Origin: Leidyana gryllorum EB-2025a
Lineage: Eukaryota > Protista > Apicomplexa
DNA: 64,000 bases
NCBI GenBank assembly: GCA_048772705.1
Contig: JBLWGC010000230.1
Coordinates: 558,001-622,000, forward strand
Reading direction: 5' to 3'
This document shows, piece by piece, positions 48,497-59,037 of this stretch (positions are counted from its first letter, which is position 1; every line of letters starts with the position of its first letter). The position numbers and the translations under genes were made by a program. The notes beneath the pieces were generated by a model. It ran no database searches and was not told the origin of the DNA. It was given only the letters and a program-made list of their open reading frames with translations.

Positions 48497-50001
48497 TCAG
48501 CTGCTGCTACCCTTCGCGTGCCGCTCCATCTGGGCCACCGTCTGGCGCCGCTGGGGCATATGCAGTGGGCGTAATAATCCGTCGCTCTTTTGTGGCATCT
48601 GTTTCAATCGCACCCTCAGGGGCCGTTTCTCGGCAGTTGTGCCTACCTGACACATCTGAAGTGGCGGAACGTGCGGAATCTGCGTGGATATTATATGCTG
48701 CAAACACTATTATCACCATGAGAATACATTTGGGTATATATAACAACCACACTCCACACTCACACACGCACACACACGCACACACGCACACACGCACGCA
48801 CAATAGCGACTGCAGCCACCACTCAGTTTAAGGCTTCGGCTGAGGTTTCAATGAGATATTGGTCGCTTGGCAGCGGCTGGCGCGGCAGCCGGCGCCGCCC
48901 ATCTTCGTAGCAGCCGCCGGTGCGCTCGCGAGTTGCCCTTGATTAGTAGCACATGGACGGGTCGGATGAATTGGCCCCTGTAGTTTGTGCGTGCCTTCAG
49001 GAGGATCTAACGTCTGCTGTGTAATGCACTTTTGACCCCGCGTGAACATTCGGCCCCTTTGACTGGAGGGCGGCAGCAGATCATTTTTGGCAGCATCCAA
49101 GCAGACGGTAGCATTGTTCAGTGACGGAGACATTGAACCACTCTTGTCATAGGATTACCTGATTCGGGATTGTGGAGGTGGACGAGGTGACATGCTGCGA
49201 CTGTGTCTGTTGGACAGACGTACGCTAGTAAATGAGGTTCTGAATGGGTGATAGGTGGCGTTGTAAAGGTTACCTTTTGCGGATACGAGTGGGGAGACAG
49301 GAGTTGTTGCGATGGCTGTTGTTGCCCGAGCTGCGGATGAATATGACTTAGATGGGACGGGGCGTTTGACGGTCGTAGGTGAGGTGCTCGTGGAGGTGGT
49401 GTCATCGTAGCGCTTGAAGGACTCATAGCTATTGCAACATGGGGAGGGCCGGGGCTCATTGTAGTTTGACTGGGTGAAGTTTGTACACGCCCTGGGGTTC
49501 GCGCAGTAAGAGCCATTTCGGTCAGGGGACTGTGGGCACTGCGAGCTGTTGCCGGTTGGAATGGGGTGGTTTGCCGCGGTCTTGGTGCGGCAAAGGCTTT
49601 GAGGGGACTCTCTGCCAGGGGCGTGGGTGCCAATGTCTGCATACGGCGCAGTCGTGCGTCTGTTCGCGTCAAAGACTGCGGTTTCCGCTCATCTTTCATT
49701 GACGCTGAGCGCTTCCGGAACCGTCTGGGAAGGCTTTGCCGAGGACTCAAAAACGGTAGCTCGCTTCCCGTCTCTTGCGACGAGATAACGTCCTCATACC
49801 GTGGCTCAGTGGTGGTACTTGTAGTCTTCAAACCTTCCAATTCAGCCACCAATTCATCTATTAGGGCATGGAGCCTCCAGTTCTAATATTCAGATTGAAG
49901 TGTGAATAATTGAAGGCGATCACCTGTCGCTGCAGTACGTCATTAGTATCGACCAATACCCGAACAATATCCCATACGTCACACCGTGTTCCGCCCTCCA
50001 T
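48497..50001 (-). CDS. Hypothetical protein: N-terminal coiled coil and Pro/Ser/Gln-rich body, spliced (3' end uncertain)
   Basis: ATG 50001 MEGGTRCDVWDIVRVLVDTNDVLQRQ|NWRLHALIDELVAELEGLK joins ORF 49118-49852. Confidence 0.55.
48748..48802. repeat. Imperfect (CA)n microsatellite
   Basis: cacactccacactcacacacgcacacacacgcacacacgcacacacgcacgcaca; probably intronic. Confidence 0.85.
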
Positions 50002-50037
50002 CTCGGCAGCGTTTTTTGTCCTTTTACTCTCACATAT
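50002..50037. promoter_or_regulatory. 36 nt divergent spacer (hypothetical gene / ALG1)
   Basis: Between ATG 50001 (-) and ATG 50038 (+); T6 and T4 tracts. Confidence 0.5.
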
Positions 50038-51711
50038 ATGGGTATTCTAATCCTCACGGCTCTCGTAGCCTCAGGCTTCGCTTACTTATCCAGGAGGTTC
50101 AGAATCTCAGCAGATGCTGCCAAAACAGTGGCAGTCATCGTTTTCGGCGACTTGGGCCGCTCTCCAAGGATATGTCGTCAGGCTCAGTCGCTCTCGGAGG
50201 CCCACTTGTCAGAGACCGTCGCACTGTATGGCTATCAACACTCTCCCTTGCCAAAATATATAGCTGATGACCCTCAAGTCGCTGTACACCCCATTCCACT
50301 GCCCCCTAACAAACCTTCCGGAAGGTGAGACTCTTCAAACTCCGAAGAACCCTTCCCTCATCCCGCAAACAGGTTCGTAACAACCTTTCTCACTGCTCTC
50401 TATCGACATACCCTTGCCATGACGTGGGTTTCGTGGCAACTGATGGCCCAGCGTCAACTTCAATTGGTACTCATCCAATGCCCCCCTATCATTCCATATC
50501 TGATGCTGCTGCGAGTCGCTTGCTGGCTCAAGCGCGTCAACCTCGTCATTGACTGTCACAACTATGGATACACCCTAGTAGCACTCAACAAGGTAAACCA
50601 CTGCCGCTCGTACGTCCCATCCCCCACCCCTTTCTCCCCCAGAATTTCGCCTGGATGGCTCCCATCTTCGAGTCGCTCGAACGTCTGTGCCTCAAAAGTG
50701 CGAATGGAGTCATGTCGGTCACCAACGCAATGAAGGAAGATCTCTTCCATCGCTACGCTGTTCCTGCAGTGTGCGTTTACGACCAGCCGATATCGGCTGG
50801 TACACCCACGCCCCCACCAGAGGCCACTGCCTCCCTCTTGTCCAAATATCTGCCCACTACCACCGTCAATACCATTCAACAAACCTCGGTCCCTTTACTA
50901 GTCACTTCCACCAGCTACACAGCTGATGAACGTATTGATATTCTCTTGGATGCCCTTTTCGCTCTCAGTGAGACTTGGGAGGACAACAAGCCGCTCGCCG
51001 TTCTTGTAATCACTGGAAAGGGTACACTCAAGGACCAAACTGCACGTTACATCGAAGAACTCGTGGCTCGAGGGAATGGTCATTTCGGCAAAAATGTCCT
51101 CATACATCAAGTCTTCACTACTGCCGAAGATTACGAGCCGTAAGTGTCACATCGTCGTGCTCGTCCTAAAGGGAGCCGATCGGCGGCCATCCTCCCATGT
51201 TCAACTAAGCACACGTGTGTGCTACCTCTCCCTCACACAACTATCTCACGCTCGTGTCCACCAAATTTGTCTTCTAATGTGCTTCAATTCTCAACAGATT
51301 GATCGCGTGCGCTGATCTCGGGATCAGTCTGCATATCAGTTCGTCAGGATTGGACTTTCCAATGAAGATGGTGGACTACATGGGGGTTGGAGTTCCGTGC
51401 GTTTCGTACGACTTCCCCGCACTAGCCGAGGTGAGCGACGGCTGTGACCACAAACGCTTACACCCTACGTATTTTAGCGAGTCAGGAATGTTGACACTAT
51501 GTCGTTCACTGACGTGAAGTCCCTCACTCAACGGTGAGTGTGAATGTAATGGGCTGATAAGATTGGGATTTCTTGGATCAGATTAGCGGACTTTCTGGAC
51601 AAATTCGGCCAAGGGGAGTGCTATGAGGCTCCCGAAGCAACCAGCACTTGGTCTCAAGAGTGGCTGAAGCACGCCGAACCACTTTTTCGTAACCTTTTAC
51701 CTCGGAACTGA
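50038..51711 (+). CDS. ALG1: Chitobiosyldiphosphodolichol beta-mannosyltransferase, spliced
   Basis: GDLGRSPR, IDCHNYGYT, VTNAM, YDQP, TSTSYTADE, ITGKG, ADLGISLHISSSGLDFPMKMVD. Confidence 0.95.
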
Positions 51712-51769
51712 AAGGGTTGATGCACAAAAGATCCCTTGTTTGGTATTCGTCTGTCTGGTGATATTAGTA

Positions 51770-53383
51770 ATGCGGTGGGCGTGGCTGTTCGGGTATGTAG
51801 CAGCAGCTCGGGCGCCCGTAATGCTGGTTCCCGGGTTGGCAGGCAGTGGGCTGTTGGCGAAAATGACCAAAGCGAATCTGCCTCACTGCTCGTCCAGTCC
51901 GTTGACCACCGGATGGTATAGGCTATGGGCATCAATCACTGCCCTGTCGCCGCCCCATAGTCATCAATTGTGCTGGTTTGAGTCGATGAAATTGGTGCAC
52001 AAACACTCAGCATTGGGGAAGGGCGCGGGAAGATGGGCGCCCCCACCTGGTTTGGAGGTGAAGGCCGATAGCGGTCTTCAGGGCGTAGATTATCTCGACT
52101 ACGTCGAAGGGTATGGCATTGGACCAACACGATACTTTCACGATCTAATTCAATCATTCCGGTCGGTGGGATACAGCGAACACCGAGATCTGGAGGCTTT
52201 CCCTTACGATTGGCGACTACCCGTCTGGCAACTGGATTGGGTGCAATTCAAACAGACCATTCAGCAATTACGTCAGCTCAATGGTGGTAAAGTAGTAATC
52301 TTTGCCCACAGCTTAGGTGCGCTTCGCCCCCCCTCGCTGGCACCACATTCGGCCTTATCTGCTCATAGGCGCTTTGGCTGTGAATTACTTTTTGCAAACC
52401 CAAGTCACTCCACAATGGAAACGCGACAACATAGAGTTGCTGATCTCCTTGAATGGCGCATACGGCGGTTCAATGAAGGTTGCACGAGCCCTTTTGTCAG
52501 GGTGAGCCTTGGGAGCTACGCGACAGTTACAGCCATTAGGTACAATCCCGCTGATATCCCATTCCTCAAGCACTGGTCGATTCCTCAACCTGTGGACGAC
52601 ACAGACGTACGCGACATCAGTCAAACATTCGCGAGCCTCTTCCTCCTCACTCCTCATTCTGATGTGAGCCTGAAGCAGTATATTTCACGAACTGTTTTTG
52701 ACTACGGCCTCTCAGCTGTACGGTGATAACTTTCCCGTTGTCAGTGTACTGGACAAGGGCAATAGCTCCGTCTTGAGTCGTGAGCCGCTCAGCTCTGTCG
52801 GGCACATCAGATCTCTGGGCAACAGGTTATGCAACTGGCAACTGGTCTGCGATGCTCCCCGCCTCAGAGGTGAAGCGCTCAATAATAGCGGCAAGGCGGG
52901 TCATCAGACCACACGCAATTAATGATCCAGGGGTGAGCATCGAAGGCCGGCATTGCAATAATCTCTTTGTTCAGGTGCCGGTTGCCTGTCTATGGTCCGT
53001 ATTTGACCAACCCTCAACCGAAGCCTATTACGTTTATCAAAACTACAACTTCAATGATACTCCTTCAATGTAGGTCTTCGTCCCTATGTCTGCAGCCACA
53101 AGTGGTGTTTCACAGCTCTCTAATCGCTGGCGACGGTACTCTGCCACTGACGAGTCTCAGAGTGTGCGCAGATTGGCCGTCGACCGTGCTGGCCCGAGAG
53201 TTCCGTAATCTGGTGAGGCCAAAAAGCTTGATAAGCACACACGTGTGCCGTAACACTGCACGAGTTGACTTTTGTTGGTTTCAGGATCATATGTACGTTC
53301 TGCGTGATAAGAGTGTCACCACCTTCATTACGGACGTGGTGGGTTTGGTGGGAGGGGGCCCTGTGCCTATCATAGCTAGATAA
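51770..53383 (+). CDS. LCAT / lysosomal phospholipase A2 (PLA2G15) family, secreted, spliced
   Basis: Signal peptide, LVPGLAGS, AFPYDWRL, nucleophile AHSLG, GDGTLP, C-terminal His (DHMYVL). Confidence 0.92.
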
Positions 53384-53400
53384 ATATTTTTTGACCCACG

Positions 53401-55926
53401 ATGAGTGCCACGGCACGGACAAGTCGGAAACGTCCATTACCCACCACATTCCAGAATTCTCAGGAGGCTAAAAAGCCCATTACATTAAGCTTCATTGATC
53501 AGTCGAGTTCTCGAGCATGGGGGAACCCAGGTTCTATGGAAGTGCCCGTAACGGCGGCTCCCTTGATGCAGGAGGCCACATCTGGTCCGTTGGACTTTAG
53601 CAATCTTGTAATGAACGAAAATGATGATGAACGACCGATCCTAGTGTGCCCTAATGGCTATATATTCCTCGAAACGCGCGGACCAATGAGCGCGGAGGCG
53701 AGCGAGTTCCTGATTGCGACAGCGGAACCTGTATCTCGTCCAGAGTATATTCACGAGTTCCAAATAACAATCTTCTCGCTGTATGCGGCTTTATCAATGG
53801 GGATTGATATCGAGGACTTGTTGAGTGGGTTGAAGCGGTATGCCAAGAACGTTCTGCCGGAAACTTTGGAGCACCAAATCCGAGAGCATGGCCATCGATT
53901 CGGGAAAGTGAAGCTTGTTCTGCGGGACGGGAAGTACTTTATAGAGACGCCCTTCCGAGACGAGCTGAGTCGGATGTCTGAGAATCCAATAATCAGCAAA
54001 GCGCGTCTCCAAAAGACACTGACTATGCGCTCTGTGAAGAGTAACGCGCCTGTTGACGCGGTCGCGCACGCGGCTGAGCAGCAGGCGGCTGCTTCTCAGC
54101 CAGCAGACTTCCTGGTGGAAGAAGTACAGCAGCTTGACGATCGCATTTTCACGTTGGTTTTGGACAAAACCAAGGAGGACGCCAATAAGGCGGGTGGCGA
54201 CAAGGCGGGAGCTGGTGGTGAGCAGCAGCAACAGCCCGCGGCTCCTCGTCAAGTGGTATACTCATTTGAGATCCACCCGATGATGGTGACTGCTGTGAAG
54301 GAGGCTGCGCTGCGTCAACTTCACCGCCCACTGTTGTCCGAGTATGACTTTTGGCGGGATACCCATTCGCCGAATCTGGACATTGCTCTGAAACAGAGTA
54401 CGAAGGTCCGTTATTATCAGGAGAGAGCGTTGCGTAAAATGTTCTCGAATGGTCGAGCGCGGTCGGGAATTATCGTTTTGCCTTGTGGTGCTGGAAAGAC
54501 GCTCACCGGGATTACTGCTGCCACGACTATAAAGAAAAGCACTATGGTTCTGACATCCAGTAGTGTTGCTGTCGATCAATGGCGGCGGTCCTTCACGGGT
54601 TTCACGACTGTGGATCCCTCAAAGGTTGTTGCGCTGACTGCCGACTCCAAAAACGACCTTCCAACGGATGCGTGTGTGGTTTGTTCGACCTACACTATGA
54701 TGGCGTACTCTGGCAAGCGAAGTGAAGCGGCCGAACGCATTATGAAACAGATTCAAGAAAAAGATTGGGGACTCTTAATATTCGATGAGGTGCAGTTCGC
54801 TCCGGCCCCGGCGTTTAGACGGGTGAACACAATTTGTCGGTAAGTTTCAAGTTTAGGCGGCCTGCCCCTTCACCATGCCCTCCCTGCGCAGGAGTCACTG
54901 CAAGTTGGGTCTTACGGCTACGCTGGTGCGAGAGGACGATCTGATTAACGATCTGCAATGGCTAATTGGGCCCAAGTTGGACGAAGCTAACTGGTTGGAG
55001 CTGCAGGAGGCGGGATTCCTGGCGAAGGCTAAATGTTCTGAAGTGTGGTGTCCGATGACCTTTGAGTACTTCCGGGCATATCTGCAGTCGTCACCGGTGA
55101 AACAAAGAAAGCTGTGGACCTGTAACCCGAACAAGTTGCGCACGTGCGAATATTTGGTTCGGTTCCACGAGGCGCGGAAAGACAAAGTGATCGTTTTCAG
55201 CGATAATCTGTTCGCATTGAAAGAAGTGGCGTGTGCTCTGCATCGGCCCTTTATCAGTGGAGAGGTGACGCTGCCGGAGCGAATGGTTATCATCAACAAG
55301 TTTAAGACATCTCCAACAATGTCGACAATCTTTTTGTCAAAAGTCGGAGATAACGCCATTGATATCCCCTGCGCCAATGTTGTTATTCAGATCAGTTTCA
55401 ACTTTGCTTCGAGGTGAGTTACGTTTGATCTTTCATCCATTCAAGCTGCGCTCAGGCGTCAAGAGACTCAGCGTTTGGGCCGTATATTGCGTCCGAAGCC
55501 AACTAACGATCCTAACGAAGAGTTCAATGCATTCTTCTATTCGTTGGTCAGCAAAGATACACAGGAAATGGCCTATGCCGACAAAAGACAGCAGTATATC
55601 ATTGATCAAGGATATGCCTATAAAGTACTGCCGATGACAGTCTTCCCAATGGCTCAAGAGAAACTTATATACGACAGCCCACAGAAACAAATGGAAATGC
55701 TGCAGAAGATATTCTGTTCCTCAGAGACTGGAGGCGACCTGGAGGAGGATGATGTGCAACTGAATCAAAGGTACGTTTGGTTCTGAGCATTTGGGCAGTG
55801 ATTGGTGGTGGTTGCAGTGGAGTCAGCGTTGAGGAGGAACTTCCGAGCGCTGAGCAGCCCATGAGCACGGCTGGAGCTCGATCCCGGTCCAACAGAGCAA
55901 CAGAAGTGTTCAAATTTTACAACTAA
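53401..55926 (+). CDS. ERCC3: TFIIH helicase XPB, spliced
   Basis: AEPVSRPEYIHEF, SLYAA, RARSGIIVLPCGAGKT, DEVQ, GLTATLVRED, QRLGRILR, FYSLVSKDTQEM. Confidence 0.97.
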
Positions 55927-55958
55927 GAGTAGCCTTATTTTTTGCGGTAGTGGGCACG

Positions 55959-57315
55959 ATGGTGGTCGAGCGGAAGCGGGTGCACACGGTGGGAGGACCT
56001 GTTACTACGGTCAATAAGTATCGACCCAACGAACTTGATGCCCAATGCACCGAGTTCGCCAGTGACTGGGGCGAACTTGAAATCCCGGAGAACAAGGATA
56101 CCGACTATTACTTCAACAGCTATGCCCACTTTGGAATTCATGAAGAGATGCTCAAGGACGGCATCCGCACTGGATCCTATCAACGCGCTATTCTGAACAA
56201 CAAGCATCTTTTCAAGGGCAAAATCGTACTCGACGTCGGCTGTGGCACTGGCATCCTTAGTATGTTCGCAGTCCAAGCCGGAGCCGAGCACGTCTACGGC
56301 ATCGAGTGCAGCGAAATCGTCCATATTGCCAACAAAGTCATCGCACAAAACAATATGCAAGACAAGATCACCATCATCCACGCCAAAGCCGAAGAAGCCG
56401 AACTACCCGTGGAAAAAGTCGACATTATCGTCAGCGAGTGGATGGGCTATTTCCTACTCTACGAGTCCATGCTCGATACCGTCCTCTACTGCAGAGACAA
56501 GTGGCTAGTTCCTGGAGGCCTCATCTTCCCAGATAGAGCCACCCTCCACATCGCAGCTATCGAAGACGCAGAGTACATGGTAAGCAGTCACATACATGTC
56601 ATAACTTCCAGGGGGTCACGCCAACTACCACCACCTGTTCGAATGACCAATTTAATTCGTCGCCGGTTACTTGATCCCCAATCAATGCTTCCCACAATCT
56701 GCCATGATCAACTTGTCAATCTAATCTCGTTTTGCTGGCAGAGAATGAAATTTGATTTCTGGGATAGGCCATATGGTCTCGACTACACCCCAGTCAAGAA
56801 GTGCATCCAGGAGGAGCCCACTGTCGACATCGTGCAAGGCCAATCCATAGTCACCGACACATGCTGCATTCTGGACCTCGACCTCAATACCTGCACAATC
56901 GCTGATACTAATTTTGTCGCCCCCTTCCGCCTGCAGATGCGCCGACAGGATATGGCCCATGCTTTCGTAAGTTGCTCGCGTCAAAGCCACCCACCCGCAA
57001 AACTCCTTACAGATCAGTTGGTTTGACTGCACCTTTTCTGCTTGTCACAATCCAGTTGTCTTCTCCACTGGCCCTTTCAACGAGGGCACGCATTGGAAAC
57101 AATGTGTGTTCTATATGGAAGAGCCTGTTACAGGGATGCGAAATGGTGAGTTCGACATCTGTGGCCGGTCAATATTCTGCTCAGAGGAAATCAAGGGTAT
57201 GATAGCTGTACGGAAAAACGCCAGGAATCATCGCGATTTGGACATCAAATTGGCTTACAATTTCGAGGGACAATGCATGAGAACCGAAAAGGTTCAGTAT
57301 CATCGGCTTCGTTGA
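55959..57315 (+). CDS. PRMT1: Protein arginine N-methyltransferase 1, spliced
   Basis: DYYFNSYAHFGIHEEMLKD, VLDVGCGTGILS, SEWMGYFLLYESML, THWKQ, RDLDIK. Confidence 0.96.
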
Positions 57316-57446
57316 GTAAACGCTTCTTGTTACTGTTTCTGAACCCAATACCGCCGGCCCGGCAATGTAAGAGGCCCACTATCCAATTGTCTGTTTGCCC
57401 AATAATAGCACACACAAGCGCGCGCGGCGTATCGCTCGCGCCCACC

Positions 57447-58995
57447 ATGCCCGCAAACTGCAGTTCGATCAACGCTGATCATCGGAATATGGCCTATGAC
57501 CTCGCTGAGGTCGACATAATCCGTTGCGTTGTCAAAAGCGAGGGAAAAAAGGTACACACACGAAATATCGAATCCGCAAATAGTGCTTAGGAAGTTCGCG
57601 TACAGGCCTTTTTTGTGCTCAAGAAGGACTCCAATGTGAAAGGGCGCAAACAGAAAAGTTTCAGCATTTCGGTGAGCTTTGATCTATCATATAGATCTAT
57701 CAGACAAGAAACAGAAATTTGGCCTCGATGGGGCTTGGTCTCGTGCCAATCGTTGCAAAGAGTTCATCGAGCAGCTTGGCCGTTTTCCTGTGGATGAGAA
57801 CGAGATTGAGGCTTTCCAGGGCAAGAGCCTGGAGGTAGCACCATATAGCGGTGAGTGGTGGCACCAGCGAGGTCGTAGGCAATTGTGTGTGTGTGTGTCA
57901 GAGAACCGTCCACCCAATGCCACTGAATGGCCCCCATATCTGCAGTCAGTCAACAAACAACGTCGCATAGTCAAAGATTATGGCTCCGTACTGCTCGATA
58001 ACACCGGAGGACCATCTCCAACATCACCATCAGGGTCCAAATGGAGAGATCCCCATCATTACCAAGCCAACACTCCCACTGCAGCGCACCCCCCTCATCG
58101 ACGCGGCCTCAACAAAGTTTTGAGTAATCCTCCAACATTAGATTTGAACTCAGGCGGAGTCAAAGGAGGGGCAGGACCAGCCCGCAGCTCTCTGGGAAAT
58201 GCCTATTTCCCATGCCCTCCACCTTTGGATAGTCACAGTGCAGCCTGCTTGAGCACACACCATTGTTTCGCGAATCCCAATATACCTCCCTCACCAGCAG
58301 GCCGGACAAAGCTGTTGAAACAACTCAGCGCGGACCACCTACGTTACCTATTCCGATTCCTGGAGCCCGCAGGGCTGAGTGCGTTGGAAAGGAGCTCGAA
58401 ACATTTACGGCAGCAAGTGCAAGATACGGAAGCATGGAAGCTCGTTTTCTTCAATTGCATACCTCACATGGTGGATTTGGCTCGCCTGAGTTCGTTATCT
58501 CAACAGAGAATTCTCTTCCCGTTCGAGAAGGCATCAGGATTGCTGTATAAAGGTTTCTTTGCCTTTGAGAGTGCCACACGGCATAGTATATTATGGCGAG
58601 ATTTACGCTCCTCTGCTGGAGCTACTTATGAAGATAGGTTACGGAGTCACGAGGACGAGGAAATGTGCAGCAGCACAATTCGGAGGTGTCTCCAATCCAT
58701 CAGCTACATGTGTCAGCGCTCAGCGGAGAAGGCGGCGGAGACCGGAATGGCACTGGTGAAGCAGGAAGAGTCTGAAGAGTTCGATGCTGACCGGGCGACT
58801 ACGGAGACGACAATACTAAAAAGCTTCCATGCTCGAATAAAAGCGACATTGGACAAGCTGGAGCTGACGTCAGTGGCGACGGCAGCCCGGCTGCCATACG
58901 GAGGACCCCCTCCGCCGCCTCAAATTACAGCTGCCGCAGCGGCTACAGGTACCCCTATTCTGCCCAGTGTAGCGTTGCCGCAGTTCCACAGCTGA
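57447..58995 (+). CDS. AP2-domain (ApiAP2-like) protein with an F-box-like motif
   Basis: Removing introns 57552-57590 and 57672-57714 gives VRVQAFFV...GRKQKSFSIS|KFGLDGAWSRANRCKEF. LLKQLSADHLRYLFRFLEPAGLSALERSSKHLR..DTEAW follows at ~58312-58440. Confidence 0.7.
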
Positions 58996-59037
58996 GTGCA
59001 CACTGAGTTTGTATGTCATAATTTTGTGTATGGGGCG

